Below are positions 7,094 through 14,294 of a stretch of DNA of 24,000 nt, piece by piece. The DNA lies in assembly GCA_964577695.1 (NCBI GenBank), contig CAZOAL010000046.1, positions 39,904 through 63,903 on the forward strand. The letters run 5' to 3'. The notes under the pieces were generated by a model. The model was given only the letters and a program-made list of their open reading frames with translations. It was not told the origin of the DNA and ran no database searches. Position 1 is the first letter of the stretch; each line of letters begins with the position of its first letter. Both the position numbers and the translations under genes were made by a program. This DNA is from an uncultured bacterium. Its GTDB lineage: Bacteria; Poribacteria; WGA-4E; PCPOR2b.

Positions 7094-7372
7094 TTATCGT
7101 TTGCCTGTTTGTGATTCAGCACGTCTAAGGACATCCCCAAACCGGATGTGCGCGAGGCACCCAAAAAGCGGGTGCCTCGACAGACCAGAGCGCGTCAGTC
7201 GTGGAGAGGTGATACCGCACGCGAATCGCGCCAACGCACGGGCGTCGTCAATGGGCGAGGCCTGCATATTCCACGCATCAAGAATCTGACCCCAAGGCCT
7301 TCGTCGATTATCGCTGGTGCCACCGGCAGAAGTGTTGCGAGTTGATGACCGTTCAGACATCATGAGGCCCAC
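7094..7372 (-). pseudogene. duplicate of the recQ 3' end (C-terminal ~90 codons), open reading frame retained
   Basis: Nucleotide homology to 8003-~8330 at an offset of 909 nt. The last 50 aa (DARALARFACGITSPRLTRSGLSRHPLFGCLAHIRFGDVLRRAESQTGKR) differ from RecQ at one residue. No helicase domain lies upstream. Confidence 0.75.
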
Positions 7373-7402
7373 AAGGCCGAAATCTCTAATGCGTTCTATT
7401 TT

Positions 7403-7702
7403 TTATTCTGAACTACCGGGCTCAACCGGAGGAACCTGAGACGTAAAAGCAGCGATAATTAAGGGGGTTGTAACCCCGATGTGTATCGCAAGAATTGGCG
7501 TCAATGGCATCCCCGATTGGATATAAGCAACAACCAGCCCGCCACCAATCAAAACCCTTAAGATGGTGCTTATCCAATAACCAAGCGTTTTTGCAGGGTT
7601 AAACGTTCTACGAGACGGTTTACGGGTCTGGTTATACCAAACAAAGACTTCCGAAGCCACTCCTCCAAAGACACCCCAAACAAATCCCCAAAGGACTCCC
7701 AT
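7403..7702 (-). CDS. small hydrophobic membrane protein (about 3 TM), unknown function
   Basis: I prefer ATG 7702 (GGAGAGAG RBS, and the same start is conserved in the 7086 remnant). 99 aa: MGVLWGFVWGVFGGVASEVFVW..GYWISTILRVLIGGGLVVAYI..LTPILAIHIGVTTPLIIAAF. The track's longer form overlaps the upstream gene. Confidence 0.6.
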   Translation of the reverse strand: MGVLWGFVWGVFGGVASEVFVWYNQTRKPSRRTFNPAKTLGYWISTILRVLIGGGLVVAYIQSGMPLTPILAIHIGVTTPLIIAAFTSQVPPVEPGSSE

Positions 7703-7715
7703 GCTCTCTCCAAAG

Positions 7716-7991
7716 TTAATCGAACGGCATTGCAAGAAACATCCGTAACTCTGCAAGACGTTCTCGGATCTTAATAGGTCTTGAACGAATCGTGAACAGC
7801 TCATCCCCCTCCCGATTTCGGACCAGCGACTTTCTGATGAGTTTGGGATACTTGTCAAGAATTTCCCTCACTTCTGATTGGAATAACCCGGTCTCCTTGG
7901 ATATGCCAGATATCGTCCGAAAGTCATACTTTGGATTGGAAAGGGATTCAAAGACTTTTTTTTCGTTAAAAGATGTAATTTCTCCTGGCAT
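7716..7991 (-). CDS. small winged-helix-like protein, unknown function
   Basis: 91 aa. The ATG lies 11 nt after the recQ stop, behind GGAGAG. KYDFRTISGISKETGLFQSEVREILDKYPKLIRKSLVRNREGDELFTIR looks like HTH plus a wing. The family was not identified. Confidence 0.55.
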   Translation of the reverse strand: MPGEITSFNEKKVFESLSNPKYDFRTISGISKETGLFQSEVREILDKYPKLIRKSLVRNREGDELFTIRSRPIKIRERLAELRMFLAMPFD

Positions 7992-8002
7992 TTATGCTCT
8001 CC

Positions 8003-9952
8003 TTATCTTTTGCCTGTTTGTGATTCGGCGCGTCTAAGGACATCCCCAAACCGGATGTGCGCGAGGCACCCAAAAAGCGGGTGCCTCGACAGGCCGGAGC
8101 GCGTCAATCGTGGGGAGGTGATGCCGTACGCGAATCGCGCCAACGCACGGGCGTCGTTGATCGGCTCGTCTTGTGCATGCCACACATCAAGCATCTGCCC
8201 CCACAGCGCTTCATCGATCGCCGCCGGTTCCAGCGGCGCGTAGGGGTATACCCTTGTGGCATACCCTGCGGGCTGATGGCCGTTCATGCACCAGGAGCAA
8301 TGCCCACAAGAACGGCGTAGTTCCTCGCCAAAGTGTGCGGCGAGATGCGCCATCTGGCATCCGTTGTGTGTCGCGAGTTCGAGGACTTGACCGATACGCC
8401 CAACCTCCCGTGCTTCACGCTCCAGCGCGTTTTGGAACAAGGTATCAGTCAGCCTCTCAATGTCGTCCGGGCGACGAAGCATCGTAAAACGGTTGCGAAC
8501 CCCTTCGGCTCTCACCTCCAACAGTGCCTGTTCGCCAAGATAATCCAGCGCCCGCACAATGCGGTCTCGCGGGCAATTGATGGCTGCGGCTGTCTCATCC
8601 AACTCGATATGGAACCAGGTTCTGGCTTGACGCGCTTGTTTGAATACCTCCGTCAGGAATTGGCGACGTTCGCCCTCAAACCGCGATAAAATCTCGGCTG
8701 ACGAGACGATCGGCTGAAATTGATAGCGGCTGTAAAACGGGGTTAATTCCTGAAGGTAGTTGTCGAGTTCCAGTTGCACCAACAGGGTCCGCGTCACCAG
8801 TTGACGGATGTCGTGACGCGCTGACAGTTCATAAAAACTGACATCAAACTGTCCAGAGAACGAAAAAATCTCATCCACCAAACCCCGGATAGCATTTCGG
8901 CTCGGCGTGTCCCCGTAGGAGAAATTCTCAAGGGTGCAGACGTCATCTGGGCAGACCAACATCTCACAGATCGAAGTTACTCCGTCTCGCCCGGAGCGGC
9001 CGATCTCCTGCGAAAAATTCTCAAGGCTCTTGGGCAGATTATAGTGGTAAACGTAACGGATGTCGGATTTGTCGATGCCCATGCCGAAAGCGATGGTCGC
9101 CACCACGATTCCATCCGTTGAGCCCATGAACCAATCCTGCACCTCAGCCCGATGGTCGTCCTTCATCCCCGCGTGATACGCTCGCGCCGGCAGCCCCGCC
9201 GTGGCGAGACGCGCAGCCACCTGCTCCGACGTTTTTTGCAGCGTGACGTAAACAATCGTGGGACCGGCGGGCTGTGCTTTTAGCCGCTCCAACAACGTCC
9301 TATCCCGCTCTTCGGCGGCGATGGGCGTTGTCAACACTGTGAGATTGGGGCGATAGAAGCCAGTCCGTACCATACAGCGCCGATCAATGCCAAACCCCGC
9401 GCAGATGTCTGCCGCGACCTTTGGGGTCGCTGTCGCCGTCAATGCGAACAACCGCTCCGCACGGCACGCCCGCGCAAAGCGAGCCAATTTCAGGTAGTCC
9501 GGTCGGAAGTTGTGCCCCCACTCCGAAATGCAGTGCGCCTCGTCAATGGCGAACATCGACACTGGCGTGTGCAGGAGGGCTTGCAAAAAGCGTTCGTTGC
9601 TGAACCGCTCAGGTGCCACATACAGCAGGCGCAACGTTCCGGACCGGAGGGCTGACATGGCCTCCCGCGTCTCATCCGCTGACAGCGTTGAATCGAGCCG
9701 GGCGGCTGCGATGCCCCGACTTTTGAGGACATCGATCTGCTCCCTCATCAGCGCAATCAGGGGCGAAATGACGATTGTCAAGCCATCGAAGGTGAGCGCG
9801 GGCAACTGGTAACAGAGCGATTTGCCGCCACCCGTCGGAAAGATCGCCAGGGCTGAACGTCCTGCCAGCAGATGCGCGATGACCTCGGCTTGCCCCGGCA
9901 GGAATTGATCGAAGCCAAACGTTTCAGTGAGAAGTTTCCTAGCGCGTTCCAT
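8003..9952 (-). CDS. recQ: RecQ-family ATP-dependent DNA helicase
   Basis: 649 aa. FGFDQFLPGQAEVI, Walker A PTGGGKSLCYQLPA, DEAH box FAIDEAHCISEWGHNFRPDY, helicase C motifs (ATIAFGMGIDKSDIRYVYHYNLPKSLENFSQEIGRSGRDG), and Cys cluster CGHCSWC. GAGGA lies 9 nt upstream of the ATG. Confidence 0.93.
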   Translation of the reverse strand: MERARKLLTETFGFDQFLPGQAEVIAHLLAGRSALAIFPTGGGKSLCYQLPALTFDGLTIVISPLIALMREQIDVLKSRGIAAARLDSTLSADETREAMSALRSGTLRLLYVAPERFSNERFLQALLHTPVSMFAIDEAHCISEWGHNFRPDYLKLARFARACRAERLFALTATATPKVAADICAGFGIDRRCMVRTGFYRPNLTVLTTPIAAEERDRTLLERLKAQPAGPTIVYVTLQKTSEQVAARLATAGLPARAYHAGMKDDHRAEVQDWFMGSTDGIVVATIAFGMGIDKSDIRYVYHYNLPKSLENFSQEIGRSGRDGVTSICEMLVCPDDVCTLENFSYGDTPSRNAIRGLVDEIFSFSGQFDVSFYELSARHDIRQLVTRTLLVQLELDNYLQELTPFYSRYQFQPIVSSAEILSRFEGERRQFLTEVFKQARQARTWFHIELDETAAAINCPRDRIVRALDYLGEQALLEVRAEGVRNRFTMLRRPDDIERLTDTLFQNALEREAREVGRIGQVLELATHNGCQMAHLAAHFGEELRRSCGHCSWCMNGHQPAGYATRVYPYAPLEPAAIDEALWGQMLDVWHAQDEPINDARALARFAYGITSPRLTRSGLSRHPLFGCLAHIRFGDVLRRAESQTGKR

Positions 9953-10043
9953 AGATGCGATTCCTCAAGTAAAACGAATAATAACCCAAGTTGCCACTGA
10001 TGCCGATTTTGGCCAATATGGGAAAATTCGTGCTGAAATCGAT

Positions 10044-10072
10044 ATTATAGACCTTCAGATAATGATTTTAAA
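10044..10072 (-). promoter_or_regulatory. candidate promoter for recQ
   Basis: The minus strand reads TTTAAA (10072-10067), a 17-nt spacer, then a perfect TATAAT (10049-10044), about 90 nt upstream of the recQ ATG and directly after the hairpin at 10085-10117. Confidence 0.45.
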
Positions 10073-10084
10073 AAACGCCACCAA

Positions 10085-10117
10085 AGACTTCCGAAGTCTT
10101 TGAGACTTCGGAAGTCT
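10085..10117 (-). terminator. perfect 15-bp inverted repeat after the hydrolase gene (terminator and/or repeat element)
   Basis: AGACTTCCGAAGTCT-ttg-AGACTTCGGAAGTCT. On the minus strand it is followed by ttggtggcgTTTTTT. It lies 69 nt downstream of the stop at 10186. Confidence 0.4.
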
Positions 10118-10185
10118 GAATTTCCAACTCATTTTCTCAACATCTATAGATGCCTGACGTGAATCTTCCCTCACCGATGTTACCC

Positions 10186-12654
10186 CTACTTGATTTTTGG
10201 CACTTCAAGTGTGTTGCCGGCTTGGCGGTGGATTGCCTTGACCACCTTGCCGTGCCCAGAGGGCGCCCAGTCCTTCACGAAGGTAATCTGGGCATCCACA
10301 ACCTTCCAGAAGAACTCCGTCTCCGATTTGGGGAAAATTTCAAACTTGGGCTGGCCTGTCATTTGCGCGAACAGCCCATCCCCTTCCTTCGTCACGGTGA
10401 GAATCGCATACGCATACTGCCCGACGTAAGCATCATAAGCCCCAGGGGTACCCACGCCTGTTGACGGTTCCGTTTTGAGTTTCGGTGCCTTGAACTCAAC
10501 TCCCCCCTGACGATGGATGGCGTGGACGACCTCGCCTTTCTCGTTCTTTACAAACGTGACCTGGGCGTCCACGACTTTCCAGAAAAATTCCGTTTCTGAC
10601 TTGGGGAAGATTTCAAACTTGGGTTGTCCCGTTAGTTCCGCAAACAATCGGTCCCCTTCTTTCGTCACGGTGAGAATTGCATACACATACTGTCCCACAT
10701 AGTCGTCGTAAGCATTGGCAGCTACGGTAGCGTTCGTCATGACGCTGTCGCGGGGCTTCATCTGTTCCCAGAGATAAATCTCCGCCACATCGTTTGCCAG
10801 ACCTCCTGGGTCTATCCCCGGAGAAGGTGGAGCGCAGTTCGTCAAGACTGTTACCGTAAAATTCTGTGCGGGATAGCGTGCCAGATAGGTAGCAAATCCG
10901 TTGAGCCCGCCGCCGTGTTGAATCTCCTTCAGCCCACGCTTCTCTGAGATTACCCAGCCGTAACCGTATTCACCCCCTGCACCAGTCGGAATGCTTCCAT
11001 CGTTGAGTTTGACTGGCGTGAAGGCCGCTTCCAGACTTGATGGGTTCAAGACCTTCCCGTTGAAGACCGCCTCATTCCAGCGGTAGAGGTCGCCCACCGT
11101 TGAGTAGAGGGCGCCCGCTCCACCCGCGCGGGACATATCCCAGTTCATCGCTTTCTTGAATTTGCCGTCCTCATACGCATATCCGGTCGCTTCATGCTCA
11201 AGGATGAGGCTCCAGTGATGGATACCTGTATCTTCCATGCCAAGTGGGTCAAAGAAGGTTTTCTTGAGATAATTGGCAAAAGGTTCGCCGGAGACCTTCT
11301 CGACGATGTAGCCAAGCAGGAAATACCCGGAATTGTTGTAGAGCCATTTTTCGCCGGGGTTAAAATCATAAGGGTCATTCTTGAACGAGTTGATGTGTTC
11401 CTCTGTTTCGACGTATGCTTGCGCAGTTTTCATGAAGTCCGGTTTGCTGGTGTAACTGTGAATGCCCGACGTATGGGTCAGGAGATGGTGAATGGTCACC
11501 TCGTCCCCGCGTGGATAATCTGGGATGAACTTCGACAACGGGTCGTTCACGCTGAGTTTGCCCTGCTCCTGCAATTTCAGGATTGCCGCCGCCGTGAACT
11601 GCTTCGAGATGGAGCCGATGCGGAACTTCGTCTCCGGCGTAACCGGGATGTGATGTTCAAGGCTTGCAAAGCCAAAGCCTTTTTGGTAAAGGATTTCCCC
11701 ATTTTGAGCGGCAAGTACCGCTCCTCCCGGCGAGTCGCCCTTAATTTTGTCATTAAAGATTGCATCTACAATCGCTTCTTGGGGAGGCATTTGAATATTC
11801 GGATCGGCACTCTTTTCCAACAGGAACTTAACGGCATCTTCTCGTCCGCGCATCTTCGCGTAATGGAGGGCGGTCAAGCCATACTTTGTTGTATTGACGG
11901 CTGCCCCTTGCGACAAGAGCAGTTTGAGCGTCTCCAAATCGCCCTGGCCTGCCGCCGCGAGGAGTTTGTCGGACAACATACCCGGGCCAAGCGCGCGACA
12001 CGTAAATCCCCAGCCTAGCTGCATGTTCTGAACCTTGAGGAGGAGCTGGTTCTTGCCGGCTTGCAGGTTCAAGAGGACAAGGTCATCATCCTTCTGAACA
12101 GGGCGGCCAATCCAGTTCTCATGAACCAACTTCCCGTTGAGCCAGACCTTCACCCCGTCGTCGCTGCCAACACCCAATAAAGCGGTCTTTGCCTCGGGCA
12201 CATCAATCTCCGCCCACGCATAGGCGACGACAAACGCCTTCTCGCCATAGACCTCAACGAGATTGACGATGTCGCCCTTTGCGTGAGCGAGTTGCCAACG
12301 GTATTCGGCTTCTCCAATCTGATGAGCGAGACCGGGTTTGGGCTGGATGCTGGTCACAGTACGAGCGGGCGGCTCGCCCGTTGGCAACGAGCCAGCGGCT
12401 CGCTCTACATGTTGTGTGAGGAAGTCGGTCGCGAACGCCTTCTTTTGCGCCTCTTCGTCTTGCGAGTTGGGCTTGCCTTCAAAAACAGGGATTGGCCCCA
12501 AGACGAGCCACGTTGTCATAAACGTGTCCGGTTGTAAGCCCTGATAGGAGGGCATTTCTTCTTTCTCATCCTGCGCTGTCGCTGGCACAATGGCAAGCAT
12601 CAAGACGAACAACACGATGAATGTGAAAAACTGGGTCTGTTTGAAATTAAGCAA
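10186..12654 (-). CDS. multidomain serine hydrolase: N-terminal jelly-roll-like domain + ankyrin repeats + class C beta-lactamase/PBP-fold domain + 2x DUF3471-like modules
   Basis: TTG start at 12654 with AAAGGAG 6 nt upstream, and a signal peptide. ANK: GDLETLKLLLSQGAAVNTTKYGLTALHYAKMRGREDAVKFLLEKSADPN. Catalytic SxxK (GSISKQFTA), YxN (LYNNSGY), and HGG (IQHGGGLNGF). The C-terminus has two 91-aa repeats (AYD.YVGQY.YAILTVTKEGD.LFA..TGQPKFEIFPKSETEFFWKVVDAQ.TFVK..). Confidence 0.85.
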   Translation of the reverse strand: MLNFKQTQFFTFIVLFVLMLAIVPATAQDEKEEMPSYQGLQPDTFMTTWLVLGPIPVFEGKPNSQDEEAQKKAFATDFLTQHVERAAGSLPTGEPPARTVTSIQPKPGLAHQIGEAEYRWQLAHAKGDIVNLVEVYGEKAFVVAYAWAEIDVPEAKTALLGVGSDDGVKVWLNGKLVHENWIGRPVQKDDDLVLLNLQAGKNQLLLKVQNMQLGWGFTCRALGPGMLSDKLLAAAGQGDLETLKLLLSQGAAVNTTKYGLTALHYAKMRGREDAVKFLLEKSADPNIQMPPQEAIVDAIFNDKIKGDSPGGAVLAAQNGEILYQKGFGFASLEHHIPVTPETKFRIGSISKQFTAAAILKLQEQGKLSVNDPLSKFIPDYPRGDEVTIHHLLTHTSGIHSYTSKPDFMKTAQAYVETEEHINSFKNDPYDFNPGEKWLYNNSGYFLLGYIVEKVSGEPFANYLKKTFFDPLGMEDTGIHHWSLILEHEATGYAYEDGKFKKAMNWDMSRAGGAGALYSTVGDLYRWNEAVFNGKVLNPSSLEAAFTPVKLNDGSIPTGAGGEYGYGWVISEKRGLKEIQHGGGLNGFATYLARYPAQNFTVTVLTNCAPPSPGIDPGGLANDVAEIYLWEQMKPRDSVMTNATVAANAYDDYVGQYVYAILTVTKEGDRLFAELTGQPKFEIFPKSETEFFWKVVDAQVTFVKNEKGEVVHAIHRQGGVEFKAPKLKTEPSTGVGTPGAYDAYVGQYAYAILTVTKEGDGLFAQMTGQPKFEIFPKSETEFFWKVVDAQITFVKDWAPSGHGKVVKAIHRQAGNTLEVPKIK
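10189..10713 (-). repeat. intragenic tandem duplication, period about 273 nt (two DUF3471-like modules)
   Basis: 10189-10440 and about 10462-10713 align at nucleotide level, e.g. ttccagaa.aa.tccgt.tc.ga.ttggggaa.atttcaaacttgggyt and cttcgtcacggtgagaat.gcatac.catactg.cc. Confidence 0.8.
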
Positions 12655-12671
12655 GGTTATCTCCTTTCATG

Positions 12672-12706
12672 CGTGAAACGTGAAACGTGAAACGTAAAGC
12701 GTAAAT
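12672..12706. repeat. heptamer tandem array (CGTGAAA x3, CGTAAAG, CGTAAAT)
   Basis: Five head-to-tail 7-nt units ending 6 nt from the SD of the hydrolase gene. A further GCATTAC x2 at 12733-12746 overlaps the radical SAM stop region. Confidence 0.8.
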
Positions 12707-12728
12707 GTTTCCTTGTTTTTCTTACGAA

Positions 12729-13844
12729 TTAGGCATTACGCATTACGGCTGATTTTGCCGATCGCATTGTTTCCAATTCCCTCTCACTCCATACGCCGGG
12801 GATTGTGGTCTTACACTGAGGACAACCGCCATCCCTCACCCGGTTTCTCAGCACTTTGAATCCCCATCGTTCCACAAGGAGCTCTCCACAGCTTGGACAG
12901 CAGGTGTTCTCGTATCGTCCGACGCGACCGGGCAGGTTGCCGGCATACACATAGTGGAGTCCAGCATTATAGCCAATCTCCGCAGCGCGAATGAGTGTGG
13001 AGACAGATGTGTTGTCCGGGTCGGTCATCTTGTAGTCTTGGTGGAAAGCCGTCACATGCCAGGGAATATCGGGTGAGATCGAAACGAGGAAGTCGGCGAT
13101 GTCTTTGAGCTCTGCATCGGAATCGTTGAAGCCGGGAACGATCAGCGTGACAATCTCCAGCCAGAAGTGCTGTTCATGCAACATCTTGATGGTATCCAAT
13201 GTGTTCTTTAACACGCCGCCAAGTTTGCGATAATTCCTGTCGTTGAACCCCTTCAAGTCAACCTTGTAAAGGTCCACATGAGGACGGAGGTAATCGAGCA
13301 CCTCCGGCGTCCCATTCCCGTTGGACACATACGACGTGACGAGGCCATATCTTCTAGCAACCTTGAAAATATCAACCCCCCACTCGCTCGTGATGAGCGG
13401 TTCGTTGTAGGTGCTCGTGACAATCTTCGCCTTGTATTGACGTGCAAGCGAGACAAACTCTTCGGGTGAGATGTTCTTCGGCGGCGCACCGGCAACCGGG
13501 TCGCGGAGGGCTTGCGACGTCACCCAGTTCTGGCAGTAAGAACAGTGGAAATCGCAACCTAACATCCCGAAGCTCATGGCGAGCGCGCCGGGAAATGCGT
13601 GGAAGAACGGCTTCTTCTCCACAGGGTCAAGTTGCACCCCGCCGACATATCCCCACGGGACGCGGAGCGTTCCACCGTCGTTAAATCGAACGCGACAGAC
13701 GCCATCTCTGCCGGGAGGAATTTTACAATTGTGCCCGCACGCATAACAGTGGACCCAGTCGTTGGCAAGTTTTTCGTATAGGGTACCTTCTCTGGTTCGC
13801 TCCGCGAGAATCTGTTTTAGGGTGACAGTTTCTTGTTCAGCCAT
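12729..13844 (-). CDS. AmmeMemoRadiSam-system-type radical SAM enzyme (PflA-like activase fold)
   Basis: 371 aa. N-terminal Cys cluster HCYACGHNCKIPPGRDGVCRVRFNDGG, DPVEKKPFFHAFPG, radical SAM CDFHCSYCQNW, and a C-terminal zinc ribbon CPSCGELL..CPQCKTTIPG, as recalled for this family. Confidence 0.8.
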   Translation of the reverse strand: MAEQETVTLKQILAERTREGTLYEKLANDWVHCYACGHNCKIPPGRDGVCRVRFNDGGTLRVPWGYVGGVQLDPVEKKPFFHAFPGALAMSFGMLGCDFHCSYCQNWVTSQALRDPVAGAPPKNISPEEFVSLARQYKAKIVTSTYNEPLITSEWGVDIFKVARRYGLVTSYVSNGNGTPEVLDYLRPHVDLYKVDLKGFNDRNYRKLGGVLKNTLDTIKMLHEQHFWLEIVTLIVPGFNDSDAELKDIADFLVSISPDIPWHVTAFHQDYKMTDPDNTSVSTLIRAAEIGYNAGLHYVYAGNLPGRVGRYENTCCPSCGELLVERWGFKVLRNRVRDGGCPQCKTTIPGVWSERELETMRSAKSAVMRNA

Positions 13845-13947
13845 GGTATCACATCCCTTTCAATCGCTCAATTTGGCAAGATCACATCCTTATCCAGATA
13901 AGCCTGCAGAAATTCATCTGGGATGTAACATTGTCAGGCTAGGCTCT

Positions 13948-14058
13948 GTTGACGAACTCGGGGAAATGCGCTTGTAGCCTAAGTTTCTAACTTGGCCCCA
14001 AGCACTAAACCAAGATAGAATCTTGGGCTACGACGGGATCGAAAAATAGTTCGTCAAC
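13948..14058. repeat. 111-nt nested inverted-repeat element (REPIN/MITE-like)
   Basis: Outer 11-bp perfect IR: GTTGACGAACT (13948-13958) / AGTTCGTCAAC (14048-14058). Inside are two inverted GTAG-headed hairpin units: GTAGCCTAAGTTTCTAACTTGG (13974-) and, on the other strand, GTAGCCCAAGATTCTATCTTGG (-14031). Confidence 0.7.
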
Positions 14059-14072
14059 ACGCCCTAAGAATT

Positions 14073-14294
14073 CTACGCATAAATAGGAACTGCGACTTCT
14101 TTCAACTCCATCCCAAACTTCCTTGAAAAGTTAGTAATGGTTAATCCGACAAGCGCATGCGTCTTAGATTCATATCTCGCAAACACGCCGTCCTCTATCT
14201 CTTCAGCTTCTGCTTTCGCAGATTCATCAAAGCTTAGATACATCACATCTGCCTGATGATCGTAGCTAATGCAGATCTTCTGGTCCATAGACAA
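14073..14294 (-). CDS. DUF2283-family protein (putative antitoxin)
   Basis: 73 aa. ICISYDHQADVMYLSF....AEAEEIEDGVFARYESKTHALVGLTITNFS fits the DUF2283 pattern (YD.eaDalYi.l....e...gvivdyd..g.lvGiei). It overlaps the upstream gene end by 23-29 nt. Confidence 0.75.
   Translation of the reverse strand: MSMDQKICISYDHQADVMYLSFDESAKAEAEEIEDGVFARYESKTHALVGLTITNFSRKFGMELKEVAVPIYA

Noticed and set aside
6311-7289. Plus-strand ORFs 6311-6835 and 6798-7289 (174 and 163 aa), plus smaller ones carrying a repeated VPSRFAR motif
   Set aside because: They are antisense shadows of the YWTD repeats and of the recQ' fragment. Their periodic motif simply mirrors the repeat structure of the minus-strand gene.
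7703-7858. N-terminal extension of the small membrane ORF (track start 7858)
   Set aside because: It overlaps the wHTH gene. An internal ATG at 7702 has a GGAGAGAG RBS, and that same start is preserved in the duplicated remnant at 7086.
8010-9812. Multiple 60-118-aa plus-strand ORFs inside recQ
   Set aside because: They are antisense to a helicase gene with complete motif support, and they have Arg/Pro/Ala-rich compositions typical of the GC-rich antisense frame.
11194-12018. 274-aa ORF on the plus strand
   Set aside because: It lies entirely antisense to the hydrolase gene, whose SxxK/YxN/HGG motifs validate the minus frame. Its composition is Arg/Leu-rich, it has no SD, and I recognise no motif.
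12672-12706. Tandem arrays (also 18695-18773 and 22894-22921) considered as CRISPR-like
   Set aside because: The units are 7-16 nt and directly adjacent with no unique spacers. No cas genes are present. They are simple tandem repeats.
13889-13902. CTTATC-ca-GATAAG palindrome as an operator
   Set aside because: Six-bp arms are too short to be significant on their own. I mention it only in the context of the radical SAM gene.
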